DNA from: a virus
Strand: one strand, 5' to 3'
Virus record (IMG/VR): IMGVR_UViG_3300033553_000165
Coordinates: 1 to 64,000 of that record
DNA length: 64,000 nucleotides
The notes under the pieces were generated by a model that made no database searches, had not been told where the DNA came from, and saw nothing but the letters and a program-made list of their open reading frames with translations. This document shows, piece by piece, positions 48,464 through 58,209 of the stretch. The position numbers and the translations under genes are program-made. The first letter of the stretch is position 1, and every line of letters starts with the position of its first letter.

Positions 48464-51400
48464 TTATAATTCTATTACCTTAGTTCTAGAAGTAACTTTG
48501 AACATATTTTTACCTCTAAAATCGTCAAAGAAGGCTCCACCGTGAACGGCAAACATTCCTTTAGTTATATTGAGTTCCTTAAATTGTTTTCCATATTTCT
48601 TGGCTTCCTCTTTCCAGAGAACGGTTAATATGATCGCATTGTTAGATTCTATAGAGACTTTATGGTAAATGTCCCCATTTCTATCTACAGCGTCAAATAT
48701 AGCTAATACCCTTCCAGCTATCGTACAAGGCTCTCCATCATCATACCTTCCTCTCTTTCCTTTTTTAGTATCATTCCAACTTAAAAATGATTGTCCGTTC
48801 CAGTAACTACTTATAACACGCTTCACTTTGGTTTTCTTCATAAGAAGTTCCTTATAATCAATCTCACCAAACCCCGTGATGTCTCTTTGCTTATATGTCC
48901 AGAACCAGTTCTTATCATTATTTTCGTCAGTCTCTATTTCTTCTGGAATATCGGCTTTAATCAACTCATAATAAGTTTTTAAAACCTTATACCGCTTTCG
49001 GGATTGATTTCCTACTACGTCTCCCTCTGAGTCCTCAATAGCGTCAAACGCTCCTGCGACTATCAAGTTAGTCACAACCCTTTTATTTACCTTGCTCTTG
49101 GGAACCCTATTTAAAAATTCTTCCAATGAAAAGAACATCCCGCCATCTTCTCTAGCTCTAAGGATTTCCGCTACAGCTACCTCCCCTGCGTGCTTAATTT
49201 TGGTCAACGACCAGTATATGGTATTTTCCTCAGGATCAGAAGTAAAGTGCCTGTCAGACTTATTTATATCTGGGGGCATAACTTTTATCTTTTTCTTAGA
49301 ATTTAAGTTAATTGCCGTGATCTCTGAAAGTCTATTCGGAACCTCATTTTTCTCGTCCGAAAAGTTTAAAGAACCCGTCCAAAACTCCAACGGATATTTA
49401 ACTTTAAGATATTGACACCAGTACCCCATCAGGGTGTAGGCTGCGGAGTGAGAACGGTTAAATCCATAAGCAGAGAAAGCATAAAGTTTGTCCCATACTT
49501 TAATAGCTATTTCTTCCCCATCACCTTCGGCGAATAGGACTGAGTATCCTTGGATGAATTTTTCCTTGAATTTAGCTAATGATTTATCATCAAACTTTTT
49601 CATATAAGTTCTGACCTGATCGGCTTCGGCTAATGTTAATCCACCGACCACCATCGCTTGCATTACTTGTTCTTGAAATACATATAGACCGTGAGTATTT
49701 TTGGTTATCACGTCCATATATGGGTCAAACTTCGCTTTCTTCTCCTTATGCTTAATTTTAGCAAAATCATTATGCGCATCACTATCCATCGGTCCTGGTC
49801 TAAATAATGCGTTCATAGAAATTAGGTCTTCTATATTATCAGGTCTTACCTTTTTAGAATAGCTTTTAAGTCCGGAAGTACCAAATTGAAATACGTCTTC
49901 ATTCCAACCCTTCTGGAAGAACTTAAAAACGCTCCTACGATTTACCGGAATTTTGTTTAAATTGATCTTTTTACCTTGGTTAACTTTTATCAGCCTCAAA
50001 ACTTCTTTAAATTTATCCAGCTGTGCTATCCCCAGAATATCTTCCTTTAAGAACCCAGCACGATCTACATACTTCCCTTCCCATTCTGCTACTAAGTTCC
50101 CATCAATTTTCTTAACAGGCAACCAATCAAAAACCGTCATAGGGTTTCCGTCTTTATCTTCCTTTGGTACAATTAAAACCGCTGACGGATGTATAGAACC
50201 TGCCCTCGGTTGCCCCAAGACTCCTTTTATTACCTCACAGACTTCCGCATTCTTTTGTACGAAGCTTTTCAACTTCGGCTTAATCATAGCGTTATCAAAT
50301 ATCTCTTGCCAGTTTGCCTTTTGAGAATCCGGAATTTCTTTAGTTGCGAAATTTATATCCTGAAACTGTAAGCCCATTACCCTTCCAAAATCCTTAAGAG
50401 CCGACTTGACTTTCATCCTACTATAAGTTCCCACGGAACATACGCTTGAAACTCCGTATTTCTGTTCTATGTACCTTTTTACTTCCTGCCGCTTACTACC
50501 TTCAAAATCCACATCAATATCCGGAAGAGCATCAGCCGATTTGGCTCTTTCCCCAGATACTCTAGTTTTATTCATAAATCGCTCAAAAAGTAAATCATAC
50601 TCAATCGGGTCAATTTCCGTAACTCCTAATAAATAGGCTACCAAAGAACCCCCAGCGGAACCCCTTCCTGGTCCTACTAAGATATCATTTTTCTTAGACC
50701 AATCCACTATGTCCCAAAGTATCATAAAATAGTCAACAAACCCCGCACCTACAATAACGTCGTTTTCTTCCTGAATCCGCTCAACGTATTCATTTATAGT
50801 TTTTTCGTCTTCAAACTTATTAAGAACTTTTTCGGTGAACCCTTCCTCAATTTTTTGGTAATATAAACCTATCGTGTCTTCGTGTTCAAATTTAGGTAAT
50901 TTGTGATTTCCTACGTCTATTAGAAAATCGCAAGCTTCAGCAACCTCAACCGTATTGGTTAGGGATTCTATGAATATATCCAACTTATCTTCGTCTCCAA
51001 ATAAGGGGAGATTTTCATTAATGATCGTTTGTGAATCCTTGTAATATTGCTGTGATGAAACTGGTTGAGATTTTCGGCTGATATCGTTCAATAGTTTTTT
51101 AACACCGCTATTTACTTTCTCACTATAATAACAGTCTCCTATGTAAATAGGCTTTAAAACCTTATAGAATTTCTTCATATAAGTTTTTATGTTATTCAGA
51201 TTTTCCATATCAATGACTTCGTCTTCAAGTTCATTTAGGTCTATCTGGTAATAAAGGTTTTCTTTGCCGTAAATCTCTTGATAAATTTCTATCCTCTCAA
51301 GAAATAATTTACTCTTATTGATAATTCTATTGAAGTAGCTATCCCTCGGAATTACACAAATGATACCTTCGTTGTATTGGAGTAGAATTTCCTCTGGAAT

Positions 51401-52090
51401 GAAACCGTTGAAATTTACGTTCACTTCCGTGTTGATTCTTAATAAGTTTCTCCAACCCTTCTCATTCTTAGCATAAACTTTTATCTCAAAAATATTTTGA
51501 AAGTCGGCTTCCGGATCATAATCGTACGCAACCGAATAGGTCGCCCCCATAATTGACTTAACTTCGCTGCCGCATTCTAATTGAAAAGCCAGTGTTCCTG
51601 CTAAGGTGTCTTTGTCGCAAATTGCTAAAGACGGGTGCTTGAAATACTTAGCTTTCTTAACCCAATCTTTCGGCTCCCCAGATCCATTTAATAATTCGTA
51701 TCCAGTGTGTACTCCCAGATTTACGAAAGGAATCGGAACCTCGGGTTCATATTCCCCTAAACTTAGAAATTCGTTAAATTCGGGCAGATAAATCACGTCG
51801 TTGATTTGATCCTTTCCGGTTTTTGAAGTACTTGAATAATAGAACCTTGAACCCCATCTGAAAAGCAAGAATCTTACCTCATCTTCCTCTTCAACAAAAT
51901 CCTTTTCCTCATCGGTCATTTTGAAATAGTACTCCCCTTGATCTTTTGAGTCTTCGTTCGTTAATAGGATACCATTTTTAGGTTCAACAAAAAGAAGAGT
52001 CCCCAATTTAGGGACTCTTATACAATTTACTTCCTCAACGATTTCGCAATTAATATTGTGATCTTCTATCCAAGCCTTCAATTCTTCCAT
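48464..52090 (-). CDS. dnaE: DNA polymerase III alpha subunit
   Basis: PHP GVHTGYELLNG, GPGRGSAGGSLVAY, LPDIDVDF, FQFG, RPGP, YGFNRSHS. Confidence 0.97.
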   Translation of the reverse strand: MEELKAWIEDHNINCEIVEEVNCIRVPKLGTLLFVEPKNGILLTNEDSKDQGEYYFKMTDEEKDFVEEEDEVRFLLFRWGSRFYYSSTSKTGKDQINDVIYLPEFNEFLSLGEYEPEVPIPFVNLGVHTGYELLNGSGEPKDWVKKAKYFKHPSLAICDKDTLAGTLAFQLECGSEVKSIMGATYSVAYDYDPEADFQNIFEIKVYAKNEKGWRNLLRINTEVNVNFNGFIPEEILLQYNEGIICVIPRDSYFNRIINKSKLFLERIEIYQEIYGKENLYYQIDLNELEDEVIDMENLNNIKTYMKKFYKVLKPIYIGDCYYSEKVNSGVKKLLNDISRKSQPVSSQQYYKDSQTIINENLPLFGDEDKLDIFIESLTNTVEVAEACDFLIDVGNHKLPKFEHEDTIGLYYQKIEEGFTEKVLNKFEDEKTINEYVERIQEENDVIVGAGFVDYFMILWDIVDWSKKNDILVGPGRGSAGGSLVAYLLGVTEIDPIEYDLLFERFMNKTRVSGERAKSADALPDIDVDFEGSKRQEVKRYIEQKYGVSSVCSVGTYSRMKVKSALKDFGRVMGLQFQDINFATKEIPDSQKANWQEIFDNAMIKPKLKSFVQKNAEVCEVIKGVLGQPRAGSIHPSAVLIVPKEDKDGNPMTVFDWLPVKKIDGNLVAEWEGKYVDRAGFLKEDILGIAQLDKFKEVLRLIKVNQGKKINLNKIPVNRRSVFKFFQKGWNEDVFQFGTSGLKSYSKKVRPDNIEDLISMNALFRPGPMDSDAHNDFAKIKHKEKKAKFDPYMDVITKNTHGLYVFQEQVMQAMVVGGLTLAEADQVRTYMKKFDDKSLAKFKEKFIQGYSVLFAEGDGEEIAIKVWDKLYAFSAYGFNRSHSAAYTLMGYWCQYLKVKYPLEFWTGSLNFSDEKNEVPNRLSEITAINLNSKKKIKVMPPDINKSDRHFTSDPEENTIYWSLTKIKHAGEVAVAEILRAREDGGMFFSLEEFLNRVPKSKVNKRVVTNLIVAGAFDAIEDSEGDVVGNQSRKRYKVLKTYYELIKADIPEEIETDENNDKNWFWTYKQRDITGFGEIDYKELLMKKTKVKRVISSYWNGQSFLSWNDTKKGKRGRYDDGEPCTIAGRVLAIFDAVDRNGDIYHKVSIESNNAIILTVLWKEEAKKYGKQFKELNITKGMFAVHGGAFFDDFRGKNMFKVTSRTKVIEL

Positions 52091-52091
52091 A

Positions 52092-53279
52092 TTATAACTT
52101 AGCTGATTGTATTAGTTTTTCCGCTATCACTTCGCCTACTTCGTTATCTAACTTTGAATAGAAAAAATTCTGCGCTAATGCTAAGATATCAAGTGGGGGA
52201 TATAATTCGGCAATATCAATAATCTGAAGAAGTTTCTCAAACTTTGCCTTTTCGCTTCTATCAGAAATAAATTTATAATCAATATACAAAAACAGTAATT
52301 CGTAAGTCAGGTACAAGAAGTTTGAAAACGCCTTTACGGATTCTTCTTGTTTTTCCGTTAACTCCGTTTTATTTCTACAAGCATCAATTACTAAGCTGAA
52401 CATTTTATCAATTTGCCTTAGCCTTAAATTAACATCTATAGAGTCAAAATTGAAATCCATCTTAAACGGAATAGCGTTATCATAAAGGTCTTCAAATTTA
52501 CCGTTCGTGATTTGAATATTATCATACATATTGAAGGTCGTTGGGTTGGAAGTGTAAACGTGTAAACTTTGAGAATTATGCGTTTGCGTTCCTAACTCTA
52601 CCCCTAATATTCTTGCCATAACTTCCGTCACAAAACTAAACTGGAAGACGTTAGTGGGTAAACCCCAATGTAAATCGTTGCTTCTGTTAGCTATCGTCGT
52701 GATCATTTTTCCGTCCCTTATTTTAAGCATAACAAAATCGTTACACGGGATATCTACAGAGTCCGTACCTAAATCAAGTTCGGCATTCCAAATCTGTAGG
52801 GCAACCCTTCTGGTTTCCGGATTTTCATCTAACATTTGTAAAGCTTTCTCAACTTGATCAAACCCATCAATGATCTGTTGTGATGCGTGACCGTTGTTTT
52901 CCGGAGAAGTGGAATTTATTTCATCATAACTACTTACCCCGTGTTTCCGCATTCTGAAACCGTATGGTGCGTGAAATACCTTCCCATCGTCTGAGAATGT
53001 TTTCATTTTCGTATTAAAGATTTCCAGAAATTCTACATCCTTTTCCCCTTTGAAAATCCAAAGTGCTTCAGCTAATAAAAAAAATATGTTTATATCCCTT
53101 TCATTATTCCCAACGCATCTAAAATATGGATTGGTTATCTTCAGCTTGAAATCTAAAATCTCTCTCGTGTCCCCATATCGGCTGGGAATGAAGTCCCCGT
53201 TCTCAATAATATATTTATTGACGAAGGGATAATCATATGAAAACCTTTCGGTCTTTAAAGATTCATTTACTATATTCAT
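52092..53279 (-). CDS. Thymidylate synthase homolog, probable dUMP hydroxymethylase
   Basis: FSDDG..YG, TRR, DIPCN, NRSNDLHWG..TN (Asn at the dUMP-specificity position), SLHVY; phage modifying-type rather than canonical ThyA. Confidence 0.8.
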   Translation of the reverse strand: MNIVNESLKTERFSYDYPFVNKYIIENGDFIPSRYGDTREILDFKLKITNPYFRCVGNNERDINIFFLLAEALWIFKGEKDVEFLEIFNTKMKTFSDDGKVFHAPYGFRMRKHGVSSYDEINSTSPENNGHASQQIIDGFDQVEKALQMLDENPETRRVALQIWNAELDLGTDSVDIPCNDFVMLKIRDGKMITTIANRSNDLHWGLPTNVFQFSFVTEVMARILGVELGTQTHNSQSLHVYTSNPTTFNMYDNIQITNGKFEDLYDNAIPFKMDFNFDSIDVNLRLRQIDKMFSLVIDACRNKTELTEKQEESVKAFSNFLYLTYELLFLYIDYKFISDRSEKAKFEKLLQIIDIAELYPPLDILALAQNFFYSKLDNEVGEVIAEKLIQSAKL

Positions 53280-53305
53280 AACTTACTTTTTTAATTATAA
53301 TAAAT

Positions 53306-53315
53306 AACCGTGTAA
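53306..53315 (-). promoter_or_regulatory. Putative middle-promoter motif TTACACGGTT
   Basis: Immediately after a terminator, upstream of the TS-dnaE operon. Confidence 0.6.
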
Positions 53316-53317
53316 TA

Positions 53318-53342
53318 GAAAAGGCTCCCGAAGGAGCCTTTC
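53318..53342 (-). terminator. Intrinsic terminator
   Basis: AAAGGCTCC-TTCG-GGAGCCTTTT. Confidence 0.9.
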
Positions 53343-53370
53343 CAAACTTACCGCTAAAATCTACCCCCAC

Positions 53371-54387
53371 TTATTTCTTAGCGGCAGTTTTCTTTTTAGA
53401 AGTGGTTTTCTTAGCTGCGGGTGCCTTTGAAGAGGATTTCTTCTTAATGATTTTCTTCTTCGGCTTTTTAGCTGGAGCAGTCTCCTCTACCTCAGCTTCA
53501 GCTTCGGCTTCTACTTTCGGAGCCTTTTTGCTTTTAATAGCAGCAACCTTTTCTTCTTTATCACTTTTTAAATCGTCCATCATCTTCTTACGATTTTTCC
53601 CAAGCTTCTCATCTTTCTTACCGAGTCCAGTCAGAATAGCTTGAAACTTTTCAGCGTCGTCGGTCATAAGCGTTACAAGGTCATTAACATCTACGTCGTG
53701 AACTAAATGGTTTCCGGACCAGTCGGATTTTATTTCATAATCTTCACCAAATAGGCTTCTCACATCGTCCTCTTTTTTCAGGACTGGGAAGTAAACCCGA
53801 GCAAGTATTTGTTCACCCTTACACTTCGGAGAGTCAAAAGAGAAGAAAGCACGTTTACTATTATCTCCAAGGAACTTAACCGTAACACCCCCGTTGGCGA
53901 TAAAGTTGAAATCAAATGCGTCATCAGGTGATAATGCCTCAACCGCTGATACAAGTGCGTCGTACCTTTTAGCGTCTTCCGGATTATTTTTCGGATCAAG
54001 ACGTTTTGTAACTCGCTTCACTTTATCCTTTTTCTCAGCCTTTGGTTTAGTAGCTTTAGGCTTCGGTGTCTTTTTGGCGGGTTTGGTATCTTCTTCTTCC
54101 TCTTCCATTTCTTCTTCCTCAACTTCCGCTTCAATTTCCGCTTCCAAATCTTCTTCAGCTTCTACCTCTTCTGCCAGTTCGTCGTTTTCTTTATCAGAAC
54201 CTTCATACATTAGGGAAGACATTTCAAAAAGTTCATCGAAGGTATCTTCATCAACGTCTTCAATATCTTCTGAGTGAAGGAAAGCAATCATTGCCTTTCT
54301 TCCGGCTTCTACGTCTTTAGCGTTTTTGATTCCGATTGACTGAAGTTGTTTAACTTGAGCCTTTGATAATTTTTCCGATTTTGCCAT
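53371..54387 (-). CDS. Hypothetical protein with acidic linker and histone-H1-like K/A-rich tail
   Basis: PAKKPKKK..AAKK tail; E-rich linker. Confidence 0.7.
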   Translation of the reverse strand: MAKSEKLSKAQVKQLQSIGIKNAKDVEAGRKAMIAFLHSEDIEDVDEDTFDELFEMSSLMYEGSDKENDELAEEVEAEEDLEAEIEAEVEEEEMEEEEEDTKPAKKTPKPKATKPKAEKKDKVKRVTKRLDPKNNPEDAKRYDALVSAVEALSPDDAFDFNFIANGGVTVKFLGDNSKRAFFSFDSPKCKGEQILARVYFPVLKKEDDVRSLFGEDYEIKSDWSGNHLVHDVDVNDLVTLMTDDAEKFQAILTGLGKKDEKLGKNRKKMMDDLKSDKEEKVAAIKSKKAPKVEAEAEAEVEETAPAKKPKKKIIKKKSSSKAPAAKKTTSKKKTAAKK

Positions 54388-54463
54388 TGTTTCTAAAATT
54401 TAAATGATTATTAATTGTTTTCGATTTATTATTGTTAATTGTTAGTAATTAACTTTGTAAATT

Positions 54464-55033
54464 TTATGAAGATGTAAATACTTCAAATTCATTTACATTA
54501 GTTTTATTCGCTTCTAAATATTCCCTCAAGTATTCCAGCGTGGTGTTAATTAGGATATCTGCATTACAAGTTCCCTTATATAGTTTCTTTGTCTTTTTGA
54601 CATCAAAATCCCTTAGGATGAGGATTTGTAAAATTTTACGCTGTTCTCCCTTAAAAATGTTAAGTATACTTTCCGAACCTATCTTCACATCCATACGTTC
54701 AATAGTTAGTAGCTCAACCTCAACCCCACGGTCATACCCCATTTCTGAATCTCTGACGAAGCTCATCTGATTGATCTCCTTGATCATATCCCGTGATTTA
54801 TTCAACATAGTAGTTTTAAGGTAAAATTCGATAGGGATGGGTCGGTTGCGTCCCGTCTTCTTAAATTCGTTCCAGCGTCGGGCATAGGCTTTAATCGCTA
54901 AAAATAAACGGATTTTTAGTTCCTGCTGAATATCCTCTTTTTCTAATCCGAGATTTTCCTCGTTCCAAATCTTACTTGCGTAAAAATTTGCTAAACCTTC
55001 GTACTTGTGGAATATTTTTTCGACTGTGGTCAT
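54464..55033 (-). CDS. Putative sigma-factor-like transcription factor (middle?)
   Basis: KYEGLANFYASKI..LEKEDIQQEL..LFLAIKAY..YLKTTMLNKSRD region-2-like; second gene after an early promoter. Confidence 0.65.
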   Translation of the reverse strand: MTTVEKIFHKYEGLANFYASKIWNEENLGLEKEDIQQELKIRLFLAIKAYARRWNEFKKTGRNRPIPIEFYLKTTMLNKSRDMIKEINQMSFVRDSEMGYDRGVEVELLTIERMDVKIGSESILNIFKGEQRKILQILILRDFDVKKTKKLYKGTCNADILINTTLEYLREYLEANKTNVNEFEVFTSS

Positions 55034-55057
55034 ATCGCCTGTGGGGGATTTGTACGG

Positions 55058-55312
55058 TTAAACTAATTCTCTTTCCATTAGGGTGACTTCATAATCTCCA
55101 AAACTCGTGGCCCAATCTTCTATGATCTCTCCTACGGTTTCGCCTGTCTCCTCGGCTCTGAGTTTGGCCTCCTCAACTAATTGTTGACCACTGCCTTCAT
55201 ATATCCTTGGAAAATATAAACCCTTTTGAATACAAAGCCACTGTTCTGCCCTGTCGAAAGTTTCTTCGTCAACCCCTTCAATTATGATATTTAAAATTAT
55301 AGTATTTGCCAT
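55058..55312 (-). CDS. Hypothetical early protein
   Basis: After early promoter copy 4. Confidence 0.65.
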   Translation of the reverse strand: MANTIILNIIIEGVDEETFDRAEQWLCIQKGLYFPRIYEGSGQQLVEEAKLRAEETGETVGEIIEDWATSFGDYEVTLMERELV

Positions 55313-55340
55313 CTTGAAAATTTTTACGGTTAAAAATTAA

Positions 55341-55394
55341 TTACCTTACAAAGATATAACTCTTTTTACAATAAAAAAAATATTTTGTAAATTA
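55341..55394 (-). promoter_or_regulatory. Early promoter repeat copy 4
   Basis: Near-identical to 13681..13735. Confidence 0.8.
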
Positions 55395-55406
55395 TTTTAA
55401 AAACTT

Positions 55407-55841
55407 TTACAATATCCTTTTAATTTCATTTAGGTCAACCTCACACTCATTATCACCTTGCTCAATTGTGGCCATACCTTCCGTCAAGTCATATTGTAGT
55501 AACTTGGCTCCTCTACCTTGGTAAGAAAAATCGCTCCCTATAAAGTAATAGAAATATCGATCACGATTGGATAACCCCTGAGGATTTCCAAACTCATTAT
55601 AAAATTTATTTTCAGCTTCCTTTCTAACGCCTTCTGAATTGAAGATATTTAACAAATCATTCTTTCCGGAGATATCCTCAATTTTTTCCTTTTTAAATTC
55701 CAGTACATCAAAATACTTTTCTTTGTCCCTTTTAGATGGATAGATTTTTGTCCTCAGCTCATACAATAGGTATTCCTGTTGAAGCTGATCAAAATAATCT
55801 AATATTGAAATATGTCTTCTTTTTTTAACCTCGTTTTTCAT
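55407..55841 (-). CDS. Hypothetical protein
   Basis: ORF coupled to primase. Confidence 0.7.
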   Translation of the reverse strand: MKNEVKKRRHISILDYFDQLQQEYLLYELRTKIYPSKRDKEKYFDVLEFKKEKIEDISGKNDLLNIFNSEGVRKEAENKFYNEFGNPQGLSNRDRYFYYFIGSDFSYQGRGAKLLQYDLTEGMATIEQGDNECEVDLNEIKRIL

Positions 55842-56825
55842 CTATAACTTTTTTACAAATTTTCTATCAAAGTAGTGCACATCGTACAATCTATCAAAGA
55901 TTTCAATAATTTCCTTTTCGCTTGAATCGTTTATATCCTTATTATAGGTGAAACTAATCTTAACATTAAAAAAGTCGTTAAGAATTTTTCCGTATTTCTT
56001 CATTTCTCTTATAGCATCATAATCAAAAATGAGAATAATATTCTTTACACCCTTCCTCAAAAGTTTCAAAATCTGACTCTGTGAAATCTTCTTACCGAAA
56101 GTACAACAACATTTTACTTCTTCTTGTTCGTATAATTGTAATGTATTGTCTAAAGTAACTTTATCGGTAAACCCCTCAAGTAATATTACCGTATCTGTTT
56201 TTTCCGTTATTTCATCATAACCTAATAATAGGTTTGAAAATTTCGCTCCACTATCATTTAGATATCTGAGCTTCTTCCGTCCTGTACGTTCTTCGTACCT
56301 TTCAACCTTTTCCTTACTCCAAGTGAGTCTGGACAAATAACCTTTAACCTCGTCGTCCTCTTCAACCGCTAATATAATATAATCTTTTAAATTAGGAACC
56401 AAATTTGTGTATCCGAATTTCAACTTTTTTAAGTTTTCCGGAAGGAACCTTCTAGAATAAAGGTATTCGTCGTCTGTGACTCTTTTGAACCCTATCGGAA
56501 GTCTGCGCTTCTCAGGCTCAAGATCAACCTCATCATCATTTACATCAAATGCAAATTCTGAGAGAGACTTCAACTTTGTACGATCAATGCTTTTAAATTC
56601 TCCAAGTAGAAATAACTTACCAAGGAAAGTTAGTAGCTTTATGATATTACCTTCCTCACCGCATTTTTTACAATCCCAGAGTTGTGTATGTCTATTAATA
56701 TAAAAGTGACGTTCCTTATTACAATATGGACAGTTGGAGATATATTGATTCCCTCCACCTAAACGAAATTTTTTATCGAATAGGGAACGTAAATCGTTAT
56801 CGGGAATTGTAACATTTTTAGCCAT
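55842..56825 (-). CDS. DNA primase
   Basis: CPYC..H..CKKC zinc finger; TOPRIM LLEGFTD and FDYD. Confidence 0.92.
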   Translation of the reverse strand: MAKNVTIPDNDLRSLFDKKFRLGGGNQYISNCPYCNKERHFYINRHTQLWDCKKCGEEGNIIKLLTFLGKLFLLGEFKSIDRTKLKSLSEFAFDVNDDEVDLEPEKRRLPIGFKRVTDDEYLYSRRFLPENLKKLKFGYTNLVPNLKDYIILAVEEDDEVKGYLSRLTWSKEKVERYEERTGRKKLRYLNDSGAKFSNLLLGYDEITEKTDTVILLEGFTDKVTLDNTLQLYEQEEVKCCCTFGKKISQSQILKLLRKGVKNIILIFDYDAIREMKKYGKILNDFFNVKISFTYNKDINDSSEKEIIEIFDRLYDVHYFDRKFVKKL

Positions 56826-58209
56826 TGTCTATTATTTCATCAATATCATCTTCATACTCTACCATTAAGTCTAACGTCTTACGACGGTCGTAGAAGCGTG
56901 ATCGTTTGAAATTAGTAACTATGCGAGTTATTTGACCGGAACTGTATTCCCGCATCTTATCAGCAAATATCCGAAGCTGAGAGAATACTTCCCCCGATTC
57001 TTCATCAACAGCTTTCATTTCATCATAGGTTTGATTCATTGTAAAGAAGAAGTCAAATGGACGAATCTTACCTTTGTCCTCAGAAAGAAATTCTCTGGTC
57101 ATAACGAAGTTTGGATCTTTCTTGAGTTCGGAAGGTAAATTTGAAGCCTGTGTAACCGTTCCGACCACAACATTTTGCTCCATAGCTAACTCCTTCATAA
57201 ATCGCCCTATCTTCTGTTGACGGAAACGTTCATTTTGGGGACCATAAGATATTCCGTCTCCAATTTCCAATAACTCCAAATAATCTATAAGTACGAGCCT
57301 CAAATCATCACCATATAACTTCTTCAACTCAATTACAGAATTTCGGATTTCAATAGTAGTAACTCCCCCAAACTTTTCAAACGCCTCAACATATATTTCC
57401 CCTCGTACCTTTTTAATAATCTGACCGACTTTCTTATATCGGCTCTGCTCCATCTTACCTCCCTTTATATCGTGATACAGTGCCCCAGTCCAAGCTGAAT
57501 CTAATCTATCCATAACCTGCCGTTCCGTACCTTCAATCTGGAATAAAGCAACCTTATCTCCTCTACGTGCCGTTTGAACCGCCCAGTGGATAAGCCATTG
57601 AGATTTACCGATACCTGATTCCGCCATCATTAAAACAACCTCTCCCGTTTCCGGACCACCATTACTAAATTCATCCAGCCTATCTATCACGAAAGGAACT
57701 TTATGGCGAACATCGTCTCCTAAAATCCTTTCGCTATTTCTTTCATTGAAACCCGCAAATACCTTTTTAAAGATTTTGTCTTTAATGCTAAAATTATGAA
57801 TTTCTTCCGCACCTTTAGCAAATACCTTAAAAGCTTCCTTTTCGTCTCCACGGTTGTAAAGCTCTCCGGAAGATTCATAAATCTCCACGAACATACTTTC
57901 TTTAATAAAATCTTGGAAGGCATCAATCACCGACATCGGGTCAGAAACTTCATTGTCTTTAATTTCAACAATGAAATCCTTAACCTTTTCGTCTTTTCGT
58001 AATTCTACCTGAATAAGTCCTAAGGATGGGACTTTATTTTTTAACCGATAAATTTGGTTAGCTTTTTTCCAGAACTTCTTTTCGTGTTCTAGCGTGAGAT
58101 AGGAGTATTTTAAATGTTGCGCTAATATCTCAAAAAATTCTTCTTTTTTAAATGCAATTGTAAATAAATCTAGAATGTACTCACCTGTTAAGTGTTGATT
58201 GTCTGCCAT
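56818..58209 (-). CDS. dnaB: Replicative DnaB-like helicase
   Basis: AESGIGKS, LIDYLE, TVTQ, DKMR. Confidence 0.9.
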   Translation of the reverse strand: MADNQHLTGEYILDLFTIAFKKEEFFEILAQHLKYSYLTLEHEKKFWKKANQIYRLKNKVPSLGLIQVELRKDEKVKDFIVEIKDNEVSDPMSVIDAFQDFIKESMFVEIYESSGELYNRGDEKEAFKVFAKGAEEIHNFSIKDKIFKKVFAGFNERNSERILGDDVRHKVPFVIDRLDEFSNGGPETGEVVLMMAESGIGKSQWLIHWAVQTARRGDKVALFQIEGTERQVMDRLDSAWTGALYHDIKGGKMEQSRYKKVGQIIKKVRGEIYVEAFEKFGGVTTIEIRNSVIELKKLYGDDLRLVLIDYLELLEIGDGISYGPQNERFRQQKIGRFMKELAMEQNVVVGTVTQASNLPSELKKDPNFVMTREFLSEDKGKIRPFDFFFTMNQTYDEMKAVDEESGEVFSQLRIFADKMREYSSGQITRIVTNFKRSRFYDRRKTLDLMVEYEDDIDEIIDNG

